Origin: Felis catus
Taxonomy: Eukaryota
Length of the DNA: 64,000 nucleotides
Direction of reading: 5' to 3'
Assembly (NCBI RefSeq): GCF_018350175.1
Contig: NC_058368.1
Span: 211,546,001-211,610,000 of the forward strand
Shown: positions 37,196 through 48,660 of the stretch, piece after piece
Numbering within the stretch: the stretch's first letter is position 1
Layout: every line of letters starts with the position of its first letter
Position numbers and translations under genes: made by a program
The notes under the pieces: generated by a model
Told to the model about the DNA's origin: nothing
Database searches by the model: none
The model's input: the letters and a program-made list of their open reading frames with translations, nothing else

Positions 37196-38972
37196 GATTG
37201 ACAAATGGACAAACAGACCCAAAATTTGATGTTCTGATCAAATGTCAAAAGCAATTCGGTATTGTCTGGCCCCATGGTAACAATTTCTTTTGCTCACTCG
37301 TCCAAGCTGCTCCTCTAACATTTCTTCTCTTAGCACTAACTTCCAAAATCACAGTCTTTCTGCTGCCAAATCCCAGAAGCTTTTAATAGTGTTATTATTG
37401 TGTTTTTTTAATCACTGCAACAGTTCCATTTTTATTTAAAAACTAGATTCCAGCAACACCCTCCCAACTGACGCCAGTTTTTAATTTTTTAAACCAAAAG
37501 TTTATGTGTCTATCACTTCCCCCTACCCCGGTTCATATATCATGGAACTCTAGACTGATTAAATTTTGCTAAAATAATCTCAACTGTATAAATGGAAGCT
37601 ACCCAAATTCCCCTAGAATGGAAAAGACATTTGTTAACCTGGTCACACAATGTACTAACCCATCCATATCTGGGCAACGCTCTCCATCTAATTGCCTTTT
37701 TGTTCTCACTGAAAGCCAGATGAGATCTGTAGGCCGTAGTATCATAGGGCCAGCAGATGAGGAGGCTGAAGTGGGTTTCTCAGGGGAGTAACAGGGGCAA
37801 GGGGCTAAGAAAGACCGACGACAACCGAGGCTCTCAGTGGCCAAAGACAAATTGGATGCTTCTGGCCAAGTCACTTCACATTGTCTAAGTTCCACTTAAC
37901 TTACTTTCAATTAAGGTGAAACCCAATTTTTTCTTGAAATCCCTTTCTGCCTCTAACCTCTAAGCGAGACAAAAATTTGCAACCATCCCACAAGCATCTC
38001 GACCAGTCTGGACTTTATCAGGGCAGTAAGTTACATGTCAAGATGCAGCCTCAAAAGATAAGCTTCAGCCAAAAGGAGGTGTGTGCATTTAACATGTGAG
38101 CCACAAAAGATGCAGCCTCCATTTACTGGAAAAATGCACCTGTGCCAAGCTGTCTTAGAACTCACGGCAAAACAATAAAATCCAGATTCACCTTAATTAC
38201 CTCATGGGAAAGGATAGCCACGCAAGCTCATTGTAAGGGTGACACATCTGGGCTTCCACCTGAGACTCTTCCATGAGCTTCTCCCAGTCAATAATTCTGC
38301 CCAAAGGATGGGGAGTTCAGCTAGTACAAGACCGGAGTCCCAGCAGGGTTTATGAGAAGACCGTTTGTTAAGATATCATGTGTATAATCCTCTCCAGTTT
38401 CTCCTGTGGGAGACTTTGTTTCATAATCCTGACATCATAACTGGTTCCTCCAATCCAAAATCTTTTATGATGGATAACAAATGAGTGAGAACCCCAAGAA
38501 TTCAGGGGGAGTAAAGGTGTTGCTTTACCACAAAAGCCTTAACAGAGTTAAAAAAAAAAAAAAAAAGTTTCCTAAGGCCAAAGATGAACCAAGCTAATAT
38601 GTCATTCCTTAACTACTCCCACGAGACTAGCTTCCTCCAAAAATGGCATTCCGAATCAGATTCGGGGGACTTTGGAAATGCTGAGGTTTTTACTGATTCT
38701 TTTCTTTAAGATATTTAATTTGACTCTTCCTTTCTCTACAAGGCACAGACGCCAGGAATAAAGAAGTCATTCTTGAAAGCTGTTCGCACAAACAGCAAAG
38801 AACCTAGAGCATGCCATTCACAAAAGCCACGCTGAGTTGAGGCCCAGAGTGTTCCTGGCTCCTGTAGTTGATTAACCCAGTGCCTTATCAAGGTAGGAAT
38901 GGAGGGCTGTTCCTGCCGCCTCAGGAGAGTGAGAGTGGAGTAGGCAGACAGTGAGTCACGCAGCATACTTAC

Positions 38973-39008
38973 GTCGCTCTTCCTGAACTTGGCTTTCAAG
39001 CTCTTCAT
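38973..39008 (-). CDS. RAI14: First coding segment (12 codons, MKSLKAKFRKSD) of ankycorbin / retinoic acid-induced protein 14; CDS continues in exons beyond the left edge
   Basis: Minus strand reads taaacATG AAG AGC TTG AAA GCC AAG TTC AGG AAG AGC GAC|GTAAGT. The peptide matches the mammalian RAI14 N-terminus as I recall it. A consensus phase-0 donor follows exactly at codon 12, and there is an A at -3. Confidence 0.95.
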
Positions 39009-39010
39009 GT

Positions 39011-39019
39011 TTAGTCCAT
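39011..39019 (-). other. Minimal uORF (ATG GAC TAA, Met-Asp-stop) ending 2 nt before the RAI14 start codon
   Basis: Minus strand ctgaATGGACTAAacATGAAG, read directly. Confidence 0.75.
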
Positions 39020-40884
39020 TCAGCTTTCCAAAGCTCTAGAGATTTTCAACACCTAAGCACAGAATGAATAAAAGAAAGAAATTAACTATAGAGGTTTCCA
39101 GATAAACACTACAGATATTCCCTCCTGCTAGGATTACAGCTTTTTGGCCATGGGCCACTGGGGTTGAGTTAGAAAGGTGTTCAGAATTAGAACCTAAGAA
39201 GTGGTAAAGAACGTGTTGTTTCACTCACGATATAGTCTCTAGAAGCTTCGGACATTTTCAAGTTAACCGAATCTAAGTTTTATCCCAACTTCCAAAACGT
39301 TAACAGAACAAGTTTAACTGTCATTGTACAAAATACAGTATCTGCGTGCAGCATGAGTTCCTATACGTGCTGTTCATGTTTTAATCCTACCATCCACCTC
39401 CTTTTGAAGGGCCACAATAGTAAAGAATGAGAAGGAAAACAGTTCATATTCCAGATGCCATTCATTCCATATTTATTTTTCTCAGTGTGGTTTCTTTTTT
39501 CCTCCTAAATGCACGCACAAGGCAGTTAGTTAAAAAAAAAAAAAAAAGCCAGGAACAACAAAACCTCCCTCTTCAAATACCTCATTCTGCAGGAAGCTGC
39601 TCTAAACAATGAAAAAGGCTCCCTTCCCCCACCCCCAAGGTCCTCGTGGGACCCAGCAATTCCAAGTTTGAGCTGGCAGAGTCTTAAGAAATCCCCTCAT
39701 TTAGGAGTTCTGGGGTCCCCTGCAAAGTGAACGTGACTTTTTTAAAGTATTATACATGTACTTTTTTTTTTTTTTCCAGGGAAGACAGTTCCTAGTTTTC
39801 ATCAGATCCTGCAAGGAGTTGTCACCCTTCAAAAGTGAAGACTGTTGATCCAGGCTAAGTGCCTCATGTTTCAGAGGTAGCAGTGGAGCCACAGAGAAGT
39901 CAGGAAACTTGTCACCGGCCAAAAGCCTGCTTATGATGGAATTGACAATCAGACCAGTAGTTGAACGCTTTTCCCACTGCCCTGTAGCTTGAAAACTAAA
40001 ACCCAAAAGCAGTATCCTGTGCTAAAACACGGTACAGACTTTATCTCTTTCACCCTTAAAACTGGAAAATCACAGAGTGTGGAACCTTTGCATTTAGGTC
40101 AAAAGGGCAAGAAAATCTGTATGCAAGTTCCCAACACGTAGCAAGCACTCTCTAAATGTAACTTCGAGCCTCACCTGACAAAGTGAGAACAGATGAACCT
40201 TAGCAGTACTGTCCATTTGGGCACGAAGGAAGAGCGGTCCCATGTTTACCCTTGCTGGACATTATTTTTCAAAAGCCTTTCAAAGCCATCTCTGTTCCTC
40301 TATCGCCCTTATCATTCTGGACTAAACGGATTTGAAGCAACAAAGGGAAAAAAACCAAGCCACTGAATGGCTGTACTCCTCCTTCCTTGTGTCTTCATCA
40401 CTGCCTCCAGAAGTTGTCCAGCGACTCTCTGGCTTCAAACATTGTTTACTTTCATTTTCGCTGCTGTCATTAAGCAGGGCCTTTGGATGAAGGGCACAAA
40501 AACCCAGTCATCAGAAAGCCCTTCGGTGACATTGATCTGGAGGCCACACCATTACTGCAGCCTCACCGTGGTCTCTTCCAATCATCCCGGCCTGGGCAGG
40601 AGTGACTGAATGTGTGTTACCTTGGAAACCATACACACTATAATTAGCCCTTGTTAATTGCCAAGTATTTAGCCACAGGCTGGGCTGGTACCTGAAAAGC
40701 AAAGTGCAAACTCCTGGACAGTGTTTCTCACCACTGGCTCCTCATTAATCTGAATCACAAGGACATGGGGACAATTTGCTAAAGGCCAAATCCTAGTCCA
40801 CATCCTATGGAAACTGAACCTCAGGAAGCAGGGCTCAGGCATGTCCTTGGTTGAATCTTTTGTTCGGTAAGGTTTGAGAATCTT

Positions 40885-41092
40885 TTTTTTTTTTTTATCT
40901 AGGGGGGTGGGGAACAAGCATGGGCTTGTACTTGTGAGAAGGGAAGGGGCAGAGAGAAAGGAAGAGAGAGAATCCCGAGCAGGCTCCACACCTGCAGTGC
41001 AGAACCCCAGGGTGGGACTCAAACCCACAAACCATGATATCAAGGCCTGAGCCCTAGTTGGATGTTTAACCGACTGAGCCACCCAGGCACCC
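40885..41092 (-). mobile_element. CAN-SINE, older
   Basis: Ends gccacccaggcaccc; flanked by tttgagaatctt. Confidence 0.92.
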
Positions 41093-41109
41093 GGAGCTTT
41101 GAGAATCTT

Positions 41110-41333
41110 TTTTTTTTTTTTAATTTTTTTTTAACGTTTATTTATTTTTGAGACAGAGAGAGACAGAGCATGAACAGGGGAGGGTCAGAGAGAGGGAGAC
41201 ACAGAATCTGAAACAGGCTCCAGGCTCTGAGCTGTCAGCACAGAGCCCGACGCAGGGCTCGAACTCACGGACCGTGAGATCATCACCTGAGCCGAAGTCG
41301 GACGCTTAACCGACCGAGCCACCCAGGCGCCCC
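41110..41333 (-). mobile_element. CAN-SINE, younger, in tandem
   Basis: TSD gagaatctt (41101-41109 / 41334-41342). Confidence 0.96.
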
Positions 41334-42851
41334 GAGAATCTTGAAGTAAGGTAGATGAGGCAGGGAATACACTCATCAAAGTTATGCTGCATCATTTAAC
41401 AACCCTTTTTTGTGTCAATGCAAACCACCTTTTGATGAATCCAAGTAGAAATAACGATAATCAGATATTCCCCAACTGCCACTGGCTCACAGTTCTCCCA
41501 AAAATGGCAGTCATCCTTTGAGTTCAATTCCTTCCACCTTTGGGTGAAGTGCTAATAACCAAGGAAAGAAGCCCAATCTACGCAAGAGGAAAGGGAGAAA
41601 GGGAAGACAAGGTTTTCAAAGGCCACAAACTGTGTAGCCCACCAAGGTGGAACCACCCAAAGCATTCCTTCAGTTCTGGAACACAATGTCTTAGGCAATG
41701 GTGGGTAAGACTATTATTTGAGCTCATTAAGTTTTTTGTGGGTGTTGTGCTTTTTCTTGTGTGTTTTTCTTTGACTTTTTTTTTTTTTAGCATGGCAATG
41801 AGAACATGCAAACACTTATTTGAAGAGGATTAAGTAAATAAAGCACTTAATTCCAAAAATTCCCAGAGGCAGGCAGATATTAGCTGTGAAATGAATGTCT
41901 TCCTGGAGTCATGGGTCTGGGTGTGTGATAGCTGGGTGGTCCATAGGTACAACTTCCAGATGATAGAGATAGGGATCAAGGGTAAAGAGGTTCTGGAAGC
42001 CTACAGAATAGTAATTTTAGACACAGGAACTGTAGCTGGGGAGAGGGGGTAAGGATAGTAATAGGTCACTGTCTTCCTGGTATTCACAAGAGGATCTAAC
42101 ATCTGGAAGTCATGACTAATGGTAGTAACCTGCCCCTGACAGGGTGCTGGGTTCTGTCTGCCCCAGCACCTTCTCTTCCCCAAGAAGACCCACAAGTAAA
42201 TCAGGGACTTGCCTTCCTTGGGTCAGCTGGAATCTTACTGCTCCAATTCCCAAATCCAGACTTCCAAAGCTCAGATTGGGTTATAGCCTATCTTGAGCAC
42301 AAGATATATAACAAGGGTTATAGCCTATCAGATAGCACTGATCTATCTATCAGTAGATCTAGGCTACACTGATAGCCGTCCTTGGACAAGTCACTTAATC
42401 AAGACGACTTACTTCAAAAGGGCTGCAGTGAAGCTTAATTAACTGTGCACCAGCCTAATTTGGATAGTACAAAAAGGCGACATGTGACACATATATGGGA
42501 AAAACTGTAAGTACTCCCGTTTCAAGAATAAAGCACATCCCACTCACCAAGCAGAAATATTCGTTTACTAACATTTGCTTGTCACTGGAACATGGCTCCC
42601 ATTGCTATCACCAGTCATCAAATCACATCAAGTCAACTGATGAGGACGAACAGTGCAGGGACACACAGACTTACTACCTTCTCATCTGAAAGACTGCATC
42701 CAACAAACAGGCTTTATTAAAATCCATGTTCCCTTTAAAGCTCTCAAAGTACCTTTATCTGCTAATTCTAGCCTGAATCAAGAAACCTTGGTATGAGCCT
42801 ATAGAGCTTTATTATGAATGTTAGACTTCTTTATTAAAAATAACTCAGAAC

Positions 42852-42992
42852 ATGGAGTTTCCTTTTGGGGAGATGAAATCTTCTAAATCTGTTGTCATGA
42901 TGACTCCATAACCTGTGAACATACCAAAACCATTCAATTATACACTTCAAGTGGGTTAACAGAAAAGACTGTGAGTTCTATCTCAACAAAGC
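42852..42992 (+). mobile_element. Old L1 (L1MB/MC-like) 3' terminal fragment
   Basis: gagtttccttttggggagatgaaa...aaaaccattcaattatacactt...tatctcaacaaagc. Confidence 0.65.
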
Positions 42993-43487
42993 ACACCTTA
43001 CTAATCTCCACTACCTTCTCCAATCCTTAGAGTTAGGAAAATTCCAGGTTAGAAATCTCTGGACTGAACTGAAAGAGAACTTCAAAGGAACATGGGTTAA
43101 CCAGCAATACCCATAACACTAAAATGTGGCTGCTCCTAGATGTTCTTTATTTAGCTATTTCTCTACCACAACCCACCCAACTGAAGTGGTCAGAAAGACG
43201 TTCCTCTAGTTTCCAGCTACGTCTACTCCCACTCACTCCCACCCCTACATATGACCCAGGGATTATTTCATAAGGCGATGTTGCCAATTACATCAGCATA
43301 GGAGAGTCCTCTTGGAGCCCCAGCCAGTATTCTATTTCCATAATCACAAGTGAGACTCAGAAATCTGTAATTTTTTTTTTTTAACTCCTCGGGTGATTTG
43401 GATGCTCAACGAGATTGGGGAAACACTGTCCTAGACTCAGTGATATTATACCTATAACTGACACTTTCATTAAAAAAATAAACTAGA

Positions 43488-43700
43488 GGGGCACCTGGGT
43501 GGCTCAGTCAGTTAAGCATCTAATCTGACTTCGGCTCAGGTCATGAGCTCACGATTTGTGAGTTCAAGCCCAGCGTCTGTACTGACAGCTCAGAGCCTGG
43601 AGCCTGCTTCGGAATCTGTGTCTCCCTTTCTCTCTGCTCCTTCCTCACTCATGCTCTGCCTCTCTCAAAAATAAATAGATGTTTAAAAAAATTTTTTTTT
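43488..43700 (+). mobile_element. CAN-SINE
   Basis: TSD aataaact(a/g)gag. Confidence 0.94.
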
Positions 43701-45717
43701 TTAATAAACTGGAGACATTATACAAGTAGGTATGTGTTCACTGAATGTATCTGAATCTTTCACAATACTGGGGTGTGCAGCAGGAGGGTGTGGAAGGGAG
43801 CCCTCTATATTCGAAATCCTACAAGAGCAGCTAGCTGGCTACCCATGGCCACCAGGAGCAATATTAACTCGCAAAGGCAACTGGCAGCTGGACACACATG
43901 TATGTTTTCCTGGATCCCAAGAATACATCCGCATCTAAGGCACCATACCATAGGGTTCAAGGGCAGTGGTTTAAAATTGTTCCCTCTGAATCACTGCAAC
44001 ATTAGAGAAGCAGAATAAATAACAATGTCGTGTGCCTAATTATTCCTCCCATCATGGAATGTGGAGATACTTCTATGAATCCTTAGCAACACTGCAATAC
44101 TAATGCACACCCCAGATGGGCCTCAGGGGGTTTTCTGAGGAACACTGGGCTTAAAATCCCCAGCACTGAACAATGCATTGAAACAAATGTAAGGAACTAA
44201 AATTAAAATACTTCTCTCCCGGCCAGCACCTACCTCTTCTCCCTTAAGTACTTGTTTCCTCAGACAATAATCTCTCTGCAACAAAGATGGAATTTTAACC
44301 AAAAGCTGTATAAACACTCAATTCTCTCAATCTGGCAAAACAAATACATTCTGCAAAAGGTCTCTCCAGATCAACTTTCCCAGTAAGTTGACGCTGACAA
44401 CACAGCACCTCATGCTATCCAAACTGCTCCTGGGGTTAGAAGCTGCAAGTCTCTGCCTGTGTCCAGGACTAGGTCACTATTTCTGGAATAAAGAACATCA
44501 AATGGGAACCAGAGGTCAGTAAGTCCTGTTCCCCTTCACCTGATTTTATCCACAGCTGACATGTTCTTATCTCAGTAAGATAGGATTTTAAACATACGTT
44601 TAGGTTATGAGAACTCTCAGCAGACACTATGGAGGACTCAAAACTGACCAAGGGTGCAACAGCTAATAATTAGGTGTCAAATACTGCAGGAATTCAAAGA
44701 GTGGAAATCTTAGAGGCCTGGGAAAAATCAGAGAAGTCTTTACTGCAGGGTCAGGGATGTAACTGGCCTTAAAGGAAACTCAGGATTTGGGCAACCTGAT
44801 GAAGAAAGGCCATCTTGTCTAACCTTTCCCACAAGACGGGGCATGTCCACCTTAGATTTTCTAGGCAAAGGTCAGACACTGGTCTGATCTCTTTAAGCAG
44901 TCCTAGAAGCTTCTCTCAGGGGGTTGCGTAGGCATGGTGGGAATCATTGCATGGCTCCTTCCAAAGAAAGACCTTCCCCCAATCTCCACAAGCTCCGACC
45001 CTTTTACAACCTGGACGTGAGTGAGGGGTGCAAGAGTCCCGTTACCAGTTTTCAGCAAATTTGAAAATGTGCATCTCAGGCTGCTTACTTATTTTAGGGT
45101 GGAGGGTTTTCCCAGTAGGATTTTCATTTTGCTTCCACTTGGACACTGGCCATCAGCATACAATCAATAAATGTTTCGCAAATGTATGTGTGGAACAAAG
45201 ACATAGGTTAGGCGCCTGACTAGTCAACAGACTTCACCTTTGACCTCAGCAAAGCTCTCTTTGGTCCCAAAGGCACTGGGTTAGCTGCACTGGGATCCGA
45301 GGAAAGGCAATATGATTACATTTCACCATGTACATAAGAAAGCACTAAAGTAAAACAAACAAACAACAACAACAACAAAACCATTTGGTCAATGAAGTCT
45401 TACTAGGTTGCCCTTTTTTCTGTCCTGCCTGCCCTCTTCTCTGGGTCACACTCCATATCCAGCACCTCCCCAGCCACATACTTGAGCTCAGCCATGAGAA
45501 CCACCCATTTTGAATAAAGGAATGTAAGAGTCAACAGAGAGCAAGGACCATCAGGTAGAACCCTGGGGCAAGTTCTCAGAATAGAGATTTTACCAGCCCC
45601 ATAGGAGAGAGCAATGGGTCAGGCCAAGGAGTCCCCCCAGATCAACACGCCTGCTCTGTTACTTTGCATGAGATTCTACCACTTCTAGTCAAGGAGCTTC
45701 TCAATAAGGAAAAAGTC

Positions 45718-45789
45718 CATCCCAAATGGATCCAAGCCTTCAACTCTAACTTCATCCCAAACGGGTCCAAGCCTTCAACTCTAACTTCA
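45718..45789. repeat. 35-bp tandem duplication (2 copies, 2 mismatches)
   Basis: catcccaaatggatccaagccttcaactctaactt / catcccaaacgggtccaagccttcaactctaactt. Confidence 0.95.
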
Positions 45790-46257
45790 GCAAGACTCTC
45801 TCCATAGTCAACACTCAAAGTTCACTATGGCTGAGCAAATGAACAGTGGAGGAATGAATGAATGCATGGGCACTAAGTGCTAAGTTGGAAACACAAAGAT
45901 ACAAAAGATATTTCATTCCAAAGCAAGTGGCCAGTATAAGATGCAGGTTTTCAAAGGATTTAGCCAAAAAAAGAACTCTTGAAGCCCTTACATCTGGAGT
46001 CTAACAGGGTCAATGTGTGTGGCAACTGGAGAGGCTCTTTCTCTGGGATGAACTAGACACTGATCTCCCCCTACTGTGCCCACTCTACCCCCAGTTTTGC
46101 CATGGAAACCCTGGGGAGACCAGCAGCCCTGACAGCTAGATGAAGCAGCGAGCCACCAGGAGAAAGTGAGGAAAGAGATCTTTTCTTTTAAATCATAGTT
46201 GAACTTTTTATTATTATTTAAGTTCAACATTCTAAGTTCTAACTTAAGGGTATTTAG

Positions 46258-46460
46258 CAGGGGTGAAGGGTGGGTGAAATGGGCGAAGGGGATCAAGAGG
46301 TCAAACCAGGGTCAAACTTCCAGTTCTAAAATAAGTTGTTGAGGACATAAGGTACAGCATGGGGACTATAGTTAATAACATCGTGTTGCATATTTGAAAG
46401 TTGCTAAGAAAGTCCATCTTAAAAGTATTTTGTAACTACCCATGGTGAAGGGACATTAAA
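46258..46460 (+). mobile_element. L1 3'UTR fragment (L1MA9/carnivore L1-like)
   Basis: caaacttccagttctaaaataag...gtacagcatggggactatagttaataaca...ttgaaagttgctaaga. Confidence 0.75.
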
Positions 46461-47473
46461 GAAAGCTGCTTTATGATTACATCTTAGGAGGCATATTTAT
46501 TCAGCAAACCAGATACATATGAATAAATAAATGAATGAGCAAACAAGCAACTTTTACTGGGCATTAATTACCAGCTAGGTGCTTTCACATAGTATTCTTT
46601 CTTACGAACTAAGGTGCAGGCTTGTTAAATGATTACTCAGATGGTAAAGAAGAGAAAGTTTAGGGGGAAAAAAGACAAAAGCAATAGTTTCATTTTGGCA
46701 GTGGATCCTTTCTAAAATACTCTAATATTTCACTTTTTTCCCCCAAGAAAATAAATGACCGCATTCTTTTTAAAATGTAAACATCTTTCAGATAGCATAT
46801 CATAGTAATCATGTGATAAAACTCTCTTGAGAACATTAATCTCCTTCAATAAATTCATAACTTGCCTTTATCCAGAGGACGACACTTCTCTTGTGAAACA
46901 AATACATCATTCTTCCTTAAAAATAAAACCTGCCATCAACCAGAACCGATCTAGGTCCATGAATCAGTCGGGGCCAGCAGCACGGATACAAAAGTGGCCA
47001 GCGCTCTGGCAACATTACTATCTCGTCTGTCAAATCTGCTACTCACATGCTCCAATAAGCCTACCATAGAAAAGCCCCAAGGTTACCTCATGCCCTAAAT
47101 CCATCCAATTTAAAAAGCACGGGCTTAATTAAGACAAACTACTTCTGGAATACAAAAATCATCCTAAGACTAAGAAATTCCATGTGATTATCCCTCATGT
47201 TGAGACTATTTTTAGATCCCCAAAATGCCTTTCCAATTCTGCATTTTCTTGATCTTTGATGTTGATGTCAATAGCACCGTCTAAACATACTGCTGTGTTC
47301 ATCTTTCCAGAAAAAAAAAAAAAAAAAAAGATGCCCCGCGCAGAGCTAATAATCAAGTCGAAATGGCAAGGCACGTGTGCCATGAACTTAAGCTTCTTCC
47401 TCCCAGTCTACTCCTTTGGCCTCACCCATCTTGAAACCCAAAAGAACCAACTGAGTTTAAAAATACAGATCCA

Positions 47474-47681
47474 GGGGCGCCTGGGTGGCGCAGTCGGTTA
47501 AGCGTCCGACTTCAGCCAGGTCACGATCTCGCGGTCCGTGAGTTCGAGCCCCGTGTCAGGCTCTGGGCTGATGGCTCGGAGCCTGGAGCCTGTTTCCAAT
47601 TCTGTGTCTCCCTCTCTCTCTGCCCCTCCCCTGTTCATGCTCTGTCTCTCTCTGTCCCAAAAATAAATAAATTAAAAAAAA
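47474..47681 (+). mobile_element. CAN-SINE, youngest subtype in the window
   Basis: Perfect 15-bp TSD aaaaatacagatcca; diagnostic ttcagccaggtcacg. Confidence 0.97.
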
Positions 47682-47697
47682 AAAAATACAGATCCAG

Positions 47698-47880
47698 GGG
47701 GCGCCTGGGTGGCTCAGTCAGTTAAGTGTTTGGCTCTTGATTTCGGCTCCGGTCATGGTCTCTCTTTGGGGAGATCGAGCCCCACAGTGGGCTCTGTGCT
47801 GACCATGCAGAGCCTACTTGGGATTCTCTTTCTCTCCCTCTCGGCCTCTCCCCCGCTCTCTTTCTCTCTCAAAATAAACT
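47698..47880 (+). mobile_element. CAN-SINE, older, directly behind the young copy
   Basis: SINE head and body; tail converted to a microsatellite. Confidence 0.92.
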
Positions 47881-47984
47881 TATATATATATATATATATA
47901 TATATACGTATATATGTATATATATATATACACATACATACACGTATACATTTTATATATGTATACGTGCATGTATATGTATAT

Positions 47985-48025
<41 letters not shown>
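47881..48025. repeat. Compound (TA)n/(TATG)/(TACA) microsatellite grown from a SINE tail
   Basis: tatatatatata...tacgtatatatgtata... Confidence 0.95.
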
Positions 48026-48039
48026 ATCTCCATCCAATA

Positions 48040-48660
48040 CTCAAACATTACTGGTGAACATATAAAATGTGGAAAACAAAAAGCCACCGTGGAAAGCAGT
48101 TTTTACGAAGCTAAATATAAACTTACCATACAACCCAGAAATTCCACTCCTGCGGGATCTTGCCAAGAGAAATGAAAACATATGTCCACACAAAGATTTG
48201 TACACAAATGTCGATAGCAGTATTCATAATTGCAAAACAAGTGGAAACTACTGAAATAGCTATCAGCTAGGTAAACAAAGTATGGCATTCCAACACAAAG
48301 GAATAATACTATCCAGTACTAAAAAGGAACAAAGTATCAGTACATGTTGCACCATGGATGGAACTCAAAACCATCGTGCTAAGTGATGGTCAGACATAGA
48401 AGACCACACGTTATAAGATTCCATTTGTAGGACATGTCTAAAAAAGGCAAATTTATAGAGACCAAGTGGCTTAGTGGTTGCCTGGGGCTGGAAGTGGTAA
48501 CAGATTGCAAATGGGCATGAGGGATCTTTTTGGGGTGAGGGAAAGGTTTTAAAACTGGATTCTGGTAATGGCTGTACAACAATAAGCTTCCAAAATGATT
48601 AAACTGTAGGTTAAAATTGGTAAATTTTATGAAATATACTCATGGGTCAATGAAGCCGGT
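48040..48660 (+). mobile_element. Old L1 (L1MB-like) ORF2-end/3'UTR fragment
   Basis: ttaccatacaacccagaaattccactcc...agagaaatgaaaacatatgtccacacaaaga...aaaggcaaatttatagagac...tagtggttgcctggggctg. Confidence 0.85.

Larger units (their letters stand above)
1..38972 (-). other. RAI14: RAI14 intron 2 (partial, >38.9 kb)
   Basis: Begins GTAAGT after codon 12. I recognised no sequence encoding the following ankyrin-region residues (TNEWNKNDD...) further left. Confidence 0.8.
38973..39052 (-). other. RAI14: RAI14 exon 2 (44 nt 5'UTR + 36 nt CDS)
   Basis: Acceptor ttaatttctttcttttattcattctgtgcttAG|GTGTTGAAAA (AG at 39054-39053, with polypyrimidine tract and a ttaat branch-like motif). Donor GTAAGT at 38972-38967. 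Confidence 0.92.

Noticed and set aside
38736..38972. Remainder of the 90-aa ORF after MKSLKAKFRKSD
   Set aside because: Read-through into intron 2 past a consensus GTAAGT donor; no resemblance to RAI14.
47709..48175. YI/IY-rich ORFs
   Set aside because: Translations of a TA microsatellite.
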